From Proteromonas lacertae (taxonomy: Eukaryota), in the NCBI GenBank assembly GCA_002245135.1, contig NGBS01000008.1, positions 124,001 to 188,000 of the forward strand: a stretch of DNA of 64,000 bases, in the 5' to 3' direction. A model generated the notes under the pieces. It did no database searches, was not told the origin of the DNA, and was given only the letters and a program-made list of their open reading frames with translations. Each line of letters opens with the position of its first letter. Position 1 is the first letter of the stretch. The translations under genes and the position numbers were made by a program. Positions 55,212-64,000 of the stretch are shown here, piece after piece.

Positions 55212-55330
55212 ATAACATATATATATCCTTATTTTTGTGCTTAACCTGATTGTTTATCGATTTTTAAATTTTTAATTTTTTTGTTAATGATTTGACTATA
55301 TCAAGCTTTTTTAAATTTCAATTTAAAAAT

Positions 55331-56406
55331 ATGGATTACTATTTAAGTCCAAATGCTATTGATGAAGGTTTAGATGGTATTCGAAAGGAATATCAACGGG
55401 TGGTACAGTTATATTACTATATTGCGTAATAGGTTCAAGAAGCTAACTCTCTAAAACAAAAGTGTCAAAACTATGAAGGTCAAATCCGCGATTTAACAGA
55501 AAAATTAGATAAATCCAACAATGATAATAGGTATTTCTACTTATTTTGAATAATTCAAAAATAGAAAACTAAGTACTGAAAATGAAAGATTGAGAAAAGC
55601 GTTATCTGCATTAGACAAGTAATATTAAACACTTTATTATTCAATAGTATTCGTTCTTCATTAATTGTCTCTGATTCTCAATCCTCTACTCGTCCAGTAT
55701 TATCTCCATCTACCAATTATTCATCATTTTCAACAGTTCCATCATTTGGTCCAAGTAGTAATCAACACCATCAATCTTCATTTTCTTCTCCAAAGCCATA
55801 TTTTGGTTCTTCATCTTCAAATAATTCAAATAATAATAATAATAGCAATGGATATTCTTATAGTATGAATAATGATAATCCAGATGTATAAAATAAATAG
55901 TAATAATTTTTATAATAGAATATATTAAATGCAATTGATGAGAAATTAAAAGGTCCAAAAATATCAAGTCCAGGAAGATCTTATGCATATATGCCAACAG
56001 ATAATCCATCAAGTTCAAGTAGAGGATTATCACCACCAACAAATACAACAAATTCAAATAATACAACATCATCATCATCATTACCAAAACCTGATTTATT
56101 ATATGATTCTTCAAGTTTATATAGAAATCCAACTCATAATACTTATATACCAGTATCATCACAATTGGGTCAACCATCAATGGAAAGTTTCATGGAACAG
56201 ATCAGACCTAAATTAGCACCAATTCAATTTCAGAAAATACTATCGATTATTCAAGTATATATATATATATATATTATTGTGATTTTTTATTGAATTAGTC
56301 TTATCATAAACAAACTATAACCCGTAGAAGTGCTCAAAATCAAGCTCAGGATATATTGGGTAAGTTTGAACCAAGATATATGAGTGATTTTATGAATTTA
56401 TTATAG
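55331..56406 (+). CDS. Protein with an N-terminal coiled coil, S/P-rich middle and small helical C-terminal domain
   Basis: Exons join across GT-AG introns; the C-terminus reads FMEQIRPKLAPIQFQKILSII. Confidence 0.6.
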
Positions 56407-56538
56407 AAACAAAAGAAAGAATGAAATAACATTTTTAGATAAAAATTGTATTTTTAAATTATGCTCTAAACTATTTTTTTATCTTTTTATTTTCATTTTA
56501 AAACAAACCAAAACAAAAATGAAAAAAATTAATATCTA

Positions 56539-59500
56539 TTACTCAGTAAAGAAATAAGGAACTGGTTTTGCAGGAATAGCTGTATCTTTCTTCTTACCTG
56601 GATCTGGAGCACTTTCATCATTAGAATGATAAATCTTAACTTCAACTAATCCACAGTCTTTTTGAATATAATTAATATTTTCACTTAAAACATTATATTC
56701 ATCAAATGGAGTTTCTAAATTCAAAGCATCTCTTCCTTGTCCTTTTACGTCATTCTTTACAACAAATGCAGCAAATGGCATTGCTTGTTTTGCCATTTTC
56801 TTAGTTACTTCATCAGAGGTAATAAACTTCTTAGCTTGATCAATAATATCAGCAGGTAAATCATTTATTTCATCATTCCATTTGGAGTTAAGGAATGTCA
56901 ATATTTTAGATTGCCATTCTGGATAATGTTTTGCAGTATAACTATAACAATAAATAATAATAATAATTGTCATATATATATATATATACATATAACATTT
57001 ATTTGGTCTTGGAGTATCCTTCTTCTTAGGTGGTTTATTAGCTGTATCTCTAAACTGTTTCATTACTTTCTTTAAATAGGTTCCAGCTCTATATAAAGTA
57101 TGATCATAATCACCTAAATCATCAGGCCATTTTGCATTCACTATAGTATCAGGTTTATTTAATATAAATCTCCATATATTATCACACCAATGTGGTATTA
57201 TTGGTGAAATGATAATTAATTCATATTCAATCCATTTGTAGATTAATTCTTTAGACATATTTATACCATTCTTACTACAACTATCACGATAGTAATCTTT
57301 AACACTGATCATATCATAGAAACCAGTTTGTAAGGCATCTCTCATTCTCATTTCATCATATGCTTTATCAGTGACCTTGATGCATCTTTTCATTTCATTA
57401 AGGAAGAATCTATCTTGGAAAGAGACGGTTGGATCTCTTTTATCATCTAATTGAATTTCATTATTGATAATAGATTTGATGAAACTATAAAATATATATT
57501 AATATAATTATATATATATATACTCTTCTTCAGTAGTCAATCTCAATATAGCATTATTAGCAGTGTCAATCACAAAGTTGGAGTTATCCATCGAATCACC
57601 AGCATCAGCACATCCAAATCTAGTAGCATCAGCTCCCCATAACTCAATACAATCTTTAATACTGTAGAAATTTCCTTTACTCTTACTCATTTTCTCTTGA
57701 TCTACCATTAAGAAACCATTACAGAAGAAACCTCTTGGCATTTTATCATTTGATTTCCAAATGGCTTGATGATTGTACAAACACATAGTTAAATGATTTT
57801 TAATTAAATCTTTACCTGATATTCTTAAATCAAATGGATACCAAAATTCGAATTCTTTTTTCAATTCCTTTAATTTATCCTCTGCAATTCCACAATCTTT
57901 TGGATATTCTTTCTCCAGGAATATATAATCAAATACAGCAGGCGTTAATTGTTCAGCTTTTATACCAAGTGGTCCATCAGTCAATCCAAATATATCTCCA
58001 CCTTGTAATAAGTGTGCAATTGTATAATAAGCCATATAAATAGTAGAATCAGATAATGATTCAATCACAAATTGTTTATCCCAAGGTAATAATGTTCCTA
58101 AACCAAATGATCTACTACAAGCCCATTGCTTCAACCAATCTAATGTCAATTCAAATTGTTTTAATACTGCTGGATTATAAGCTCTAAATTCATTACTTCG
58201 AATATATTCTAATATTGGTTTTTTCCATTCTTCATTACCATAATCTAAGAACCATTGATCTACATATGCAACTACACATTCATCACCACTTCTACTGATT
58301 ACTTCCTTTTCTGGTTCCCAATATACTGCTGCTTTATTCTCTTTAATCATTTCTTCTCGAACTAATGGTTTGGCATCACATACTTTCTTACCTTTTTGAC
58401 TTCCTACTAACATTACACCTTCATAGAATCCTTTAGTATATACTTTCTCTTTGGCTTCTACTAATTTTTCACGATCATTCTGAGATTTGATTTTTAATTC
58501 ATCACATACTGTTTCTGCTGCTCTATTTCCATATCCTGGTATATTAATAATCTCTACTACTTCATAAGGTAATACCATCTCATCAGTGATGTTATACTTC
58601 TCTCTTAATTGTTTCTTTTCTTTCAAATCTCTTATAGCTGCAAAATCATCAGGAGCATCACTTGGAACTGATGTAACTACACCTGTTCCTTTATCCATTT
58701 TAATAGTTAATAATGGAAGACAATATACTTTATCATATTGTGCATTTGGTGCTGATAATGGTAATCCCATTAGATCCATTCCTTTAATATCCATTAGTTT
58801 ATTATAACTACCTCTTTCTTTGGTCATATCTTGATAACTCATGTTTTTCATGGATCTTTCACTACAAATGAAGACTTCACCATTTTTCATTTCAAAGGCA
58901 CCATAATCACCAGTTGGTAAGACGAAACAGTTGGTTTGTCCATACATTGTCTCTGGTCGTAGAGTTGCTGCTACTAAATATACATCTTTGCCATTCAATG
59001 GTGATAATTGAGCTGGATAAGGTGGAATGACTTTTATTTTAATTAATGTGTATTCTTGAGGATTTACACCTTCACCACTTGCACGGTCATGATCTGCACA
59101 TACCTGACCATCGATTATTGAATATACGGAAGGTCTCTTACCAAAACCGATTCTTCCTTCTTCTTTTAAATGATAAAATTGCCATTTCACGAATTGATCG
59201 TAGAATGGGTTTTCTGAGGTGGTAATAAACGATCTTCTCCAATCTACATAGACACCGAGTTGTTTCAAGTCTTCAATACCTAATGGTGAGAAATAATGTA
59301 ACCAATAAACTGGATCTTGGAATTTTGGTATTTCTTCAGCTGGAATTCCCATTTTTTCTAATAATTCGTATTGAGTCATTCCTCCGGTTTTGGCTACTAA
59401 CTTTGTCTTTTTTCCTTTGAATTTACCGATTTCTTTCTCAACTTCTTCTTCTATTATAAATTATTTTTATAATTCATACTTGGAGCTTCAGGGGCAGCTT

Positions 59501-59934
59501 CTGGTGCTTCTGGAATAACTTCTGCGTGTATTTTACCTGATGCCAATTCTCGTTTTAATTTATTTGCAGCTGACTGTATAGGCATTCCAGTACAATGGAA
59601 TGCAAATGGGAATAATGCTTTTTTACCTTTTAATTTTTGATATCTTACTTCAAAATCAGCTTTTGTGAGTGTAAATGCATGACCAAGATGTAATGTTCCA
59701 TTCATGTATGGAAATGGGAATGTAACCATAAATCTATTGATAAAATACAACATTATACTTTGGCTGTTTCACTTCTTCTGCATTTTCTTCACCTACATGT
59801 TCTTTATCCCAAAGATCTTCAATCTTTTGTTCTGTTTCTCTTAAGTGATCTCTTCTAGCGGTACCCTATTCATATTATTACAAAATTCCATATTATATTT
59901 ATACTTTTGGTTCTTTACCTTTAGGTTGTTCCAT
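56539..59934 (-). CDS. LARS1: Cytosolic leucyl-tRNA synthetase
   Basis: [44 protein letters not shown] and KMSKS. Confidence 0.97.
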
Positions 59935-60287
59935 TTTATCAAAATTGAAAATGCAAAATGGTTTGAGAGAGGTTTGATACTTTTTTAATGTTTTTCTGTT
60001 TTTCTGCCAGGAAAAAGTTATTTTTCATACAATATCAGTTTTATCGTAATATTAACACTCTATTAAGCAATATTATCTATTTACTTCAAATGATTCAATA
60101 ATCTACACAAATTGTGAGAATAAAATATCTTTTGTTATTTTCGTCATGGAAACAATCCGATTATATATTCATACAATTCAAGCACTGTATTGTAGCGAGT
60201 AATACACTTGAACAAGATTGAATTTTGTTTTAAAACCAAGCTTGAAACAGTCGAGCATTCGCAAATTGTATTTCTTATTTTGTCATA

Positions 60288-61609
60288 ATGGAGGTTGAAA
60301 CGTATATAATATTTTTATATTCTTATTTATTTTTGGAATATATATTCTATTTTCTATAGAATATCCTTTTTTTGTTATAGAAGTAAAAATCAATTAGTTT
60401 TCTTGACTGACTATAGTCACCATCACCAGAAATCAGAAAGTATATTGCATTTTATATAATAATTAGACTTGGCAAAGAAGTAGAAGAATCACTGTACAAA
60501 GTCTTCGATGCAGGTAAGAATATTAAATATCTAAAAATTTATTAGAAACTCAATTACGAGAGAAGGTAATATCAATTTTGAAAGCTTTGAAATTACCTTT
60601 TTCTCAAACTGTTCCAAACAACAACGATTTAATCTTGAAGAGAATTACAGCCGCAATGACTAACATAGTATATCAGTGTAGTTCCAAACAATCTAACGAA
60701 TTATTACTATTACGTTTTTATGGTAAAGGAACTGAAGCATTTTTCTCACGAAAGAACGAAATTGCTGTATTTCAACGATTAAGTGAAATTGGATTTGGTC
60801 CAAAATTAATTGCTAAATTTAACACCGGTAGATTTGAGACCTTTTTAGTTAATTACAAGCCATTAGTCGAAAGTAACGCTCATACTCCAGAAGTCGTTGA
60901 GAAAGTAGCTAAGAAGTTATATGAATTTCATCACATTGATGTACCTTCCATCTCTCATGAAAATGGTATAATTCACAAGCTTGATAAATGGTTTGAAGGT
61001 GCAAAGAAGGAAAACAAAGAAAGTGAATGTTTCTTGATGGATAATGTTTATAATGAATTACAAAATCTAAAAGAATTACTCAGTAAGATTGATAATTCGC
61101 CAATCACATTTTCTCACTGTGATCTACAATGTGGTAACATCATGTTACACAAATCAGGAGATATAATGTTTATTGACTATGAATATGCCTGTTATGCACC
61201 TCGTGGTTATGATTTTGCTAATTACTTTAGTGAGTAGTATAGACTTACACCTATTTTATTTTTATATAGTATGTATGATTATAATTCAGTAAATGCAGAT
61301 TCTTGTTATGTTGATCGATTTCCAACTGAAGAAATTCAAAGAATATTCTTTGAAGCTTATCTTTCTATGAATAAAGAGAAGAATGATGATACAGTTGAAT
61401 CATTAATGAAGGAAATGAAACCACATATTTGTACAGCTGCTATGGTTTGGATTTTATGGGGAATAGTTCAAAATGCTGTATCTACAGTTGATTTTAACTA
61501 TGAGAATTACACAGTAGAAAAAATCAACTTTTATTATGATAAGAAGAAAGAAATCTTTGGAGTTGAATCTCTTCCTTTATATGATCCGTCTAGAATACAT
61601 GGATTATAA
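60288..61609 (+). CDS. Choline/ethanolamine kinase, copy 1
   Basis: AMTN, LLRFYG, GPKL, Brenner motif HCDLQCGN and FIDYEYA..PRGYDFANYF. The 5' exons were reconstructed by hand. Confidence 0.92.
60361..60416 (+). other. U12-type intron, AT-AG, preceded by a 1-nt exon at 60360
   Basis: ATATCCTTT...TTTTCTTGAC...TAG, starting one base after the AG of the GT-AG intron 60302-60359. Confidence 0.78.
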
Positions 61610-61731
61610 TACGTTTGTTTTTTTGTTAGAAAGATCCAAATTTGTTTTTGTTTTGGTGTGTTTTTGGGTGTTTTTTTTTACTTAGCTTGATTATTCAAGC
61701 TTTTTACATTTTTTTTCTTTTTGTAAGATTT

Positions 61732-63031
61732 ATGGAAGTAGAGAAGTATACTTTATATTATTATTTATATTTTACTATAGAATATCTTTTTTTTTCATTG
61801 TAAAAGTTAAGTTAATCAGTTTTCTTAACCAATATTAGTCAACATCACAGGAAGTTAGAAAGTAAGTGTATAAAATATAATTATTAGACTTGGTAAAGAA
61901 GTAGAAGAATCACTTTACAAAGTATCTGATGCAGGTAAGAATTATTGAATATCTAAAAATCTCTTAGAAACTGAGTTGAGAGAGAAAGTTATATCCATTT
62001 TAAAAGTATTAAAATTGCCATTTTCTCAAACTGTTCCAAACAACAACGATTTAATCTTGAAGAGAATTACAGCAGCTATGACAAATATTATTTATCAATG
62101 TAGTTCTAAACAATCTAACGAATTATTACTATTACGTTTTTATGGTAAAGGAACTGAAACTTTCTTTTCTAGAAAAAACGAAATTGCTGTGTTTCAAAAA
62201 ATGAGTGAAATTGGATTTGGTCCAAAATTAATTGCTAAATTTAACACCGGTAGATTTGAGACCTTTTTAGTTAATTATAAACCTTTAACAAGAAGCAATG
62301 CATATACACCAGAAGTGATTCAAAAAGTAGCTAAGAAGTTATATGAATTTCATCACATTGATGTACCTTCCATCTCTCATGAAAATGGAATGATAACTAA
62401 ACTTGATAAATGGTTTGAAGGTGCTAAAAGAGAGAATAAAGAAAGTGAATGTTTCTTGATGGATAATGTTTATAACGAATTACAAAATCTAAAAGAATTA
62501 CTCAGTAAGATTGATAATTCGCCAATCACATTTTCTCACTGTGATTTATCTTGTGGTAATACTATGATGAGTAAAACAGGAGATATTGTACTTATAGACT
62601 ATGAATATGCCTGTTATGCACCAAGAGGATTTGACTTTGCTATTTATTTCGGTGAATAGTATAGATTTACACCTAATTTATTTATATATAGTATGTATGA
62701 TTATAACTCTGTTAATCCTGAAGTATGCCATGCTGACTGGTTTCCAACTGAAGAAATTCAAAGAATATTCTTTGAAGCTTATCTTTCTATGAATAAAGAG
62801 AAGAATGATGATACAGTTGAATCATTAATGAAGGAAATGAAACCACATATTTGTACAGCTGCTATGGTTTGGATTTTATGGGGAATAGTTCAAAATGCTG
62901 TATCTACAGTTGATTTTAACTATGAGAATTACACAGTAGAAAAAATCAACTTTTATTATGATAAGAAGAAAGAAATCTTTGGAGTTGAATCTCTTCCTTT
63001 ATATGATCCGTCTAGAATACATGGATTATGA
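61732..63031 (+). CDS. Choline/ethanolamine kinase, copy 2 (tandem paralog)
   Basis: HCDLSCGN and LIDYEYA; same exon layout as copy 1. Confidence 0.92.
61782..61838 (+). other. U12-type intron, AT-AG, preceded by a 1-nt exon at 61781
   Basis: ATATCTTTT...TTTTCTTAAC...TAG, starting one base after the AG of the GT-AG intron 61746-61780. Confidence 0.78.
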
Positions 63032-63179
63032 TACGTTTGTTTTGTGTTAATGACTCGAATTTATTAATTTATGTTTTGAGGGTGTAGTTGTGTTTTAATT
63101 TTAAATACAATAATGACTGTATAAAACACGAGCCAAGTTATTTCTCAGTTTATTTTTCATTCTATTCTTCGAAAATCAC

Positions 63180-64000
63180 ATGCTTAAATACCATGTAGTA
63201 ATTACAAATCAAAACCAATATATGACATCAAATATACAACCGATGAATGAATATTTCAGAGGTGTGATTTCTTCTTTTGTCAATATTTCAAGTATTATTG
63301 CGATTTTACATATTATAGTTACTTATCCAATAAATAAATTAGCTGCTAGACAACAAATTTACGGTTATTCTATAAAAAAATCAGCAAAATCAATATACAA
63401 AGACGGTTTTAAATATTTGTATGATTTAATAGTTTTTTTTTTAATATTGTTAGATACAGAGGAATTGGTCCTCCATTTCTTCAAAAAGCCATTAATCTTT
63501 CTCTCATGTTTGGTTTATATGATAGTTATTTTACTATATTAAAGAGTACCTATGGTTTATCTAAAGACAAATGGTATGATCGATGTGTTGTGTCTACATG
63601 TGTTGCTTTGACAAGTTCTATATTAGTTCCATTTGAAAGAATTCAAACACTATTATCAGTGAAAGAATACCATTCAAAATATAAAAATACATTTCATTGC
63701 TTTTCAGCAGTAAGTAAACTAGGCATTCGTGAATTATATACTGCTTATTTACCTATTATTTTAAGAGATTCAATTGGAAATAGTATGTACTTTGGTTTGA
63801 AACAACCATTAACTCATTTTTTATCAACAAAATCAACCAATAAAAAGATAACTGACTTTTGTACAGGTTCTTTATTAGGTGTGTTTATTAGTTTTGTGAC
63901 TTTTCCTTTTAATGTGGTGAAAAATTCATTTCAAAGTAGAGTTGGTGATAATATACCATTACATAGATTGTTTTATATTGTTTACATACAGAGGAAAGGA
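63180..64000 (+). CDS. Mitochondrial carrier family protein, SLC25A51/53-like, 3'-truncated
   Basis: TYPINKLAARQQ, YRGIGPPFLQK, PFERIQTLL and TFPFNVVK. Confidence 0.85.

Noticed and set aside
60361..60420. Canonical AT-AC end for the kinase minor intron (GTCAC; GTCAAC in copy 2)
   Set aside because: It is out of frame with the ATG, and the AC position is not equivalent between paralogs, whereas TAG-TCA is conserved and in frame.
1..64000. Alternative genetic code or stop-codon reassignment
   Set aside because: Long conserved genes translate cleanly with the standard code; nearly all ORF breaks are explained by introns, and TAA, TAG and TGA all end genes.
1..64000. tRNA, rRNA, CRISPR or intact mobile elements
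   Set aside because: None recognisable by eye; small ncRNAs cannot be excluded without a covariance search.

Overview
This is a gene-dense, very AT-rich eukaryotic nuclear window with about 35 protein-coding genes, short intergenic spacers and many tiny (about 24-60 nt) GT-AG introns, so the ORF track mostly shows exon fragments. The tiny introns, TGTTTGTT-type elements just after stop codons and a Sig1/Ocm-like EGF protein suggest an opalinatan stramenopile (Blastocystis/Proteromonas-like); this is inference. Recognisable genes include an outer-arm axonemal dynein heavy chain, TMEM231, RAD51C-like, DUS2, RPSA, a BET-like bromodomain protein, MED7, TEN1, parvulin Par14, three S28 peptidases, two DxD glycosyltransferases, an HSF-domain protein, LeuRS, two choline/ethanolamine kinases and a mitochondrial carrier. 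The main signals are: (1) six U12-type introns with AT starts, of which frame logic says four end in AG, one in AA and only one in AC; (2) a one-nucleotide exon between a major and a minor intron, conserved in both kinase paralogs; (3) a CCCH gene that can be read end to end only through a series of up to seven +1 frameshifts; (4) a mastigoneme-like EGF protein carrying three copies of an unrecognised domain and repeated RRL-type motifs. All gene models were built by hand and have no transcript support.
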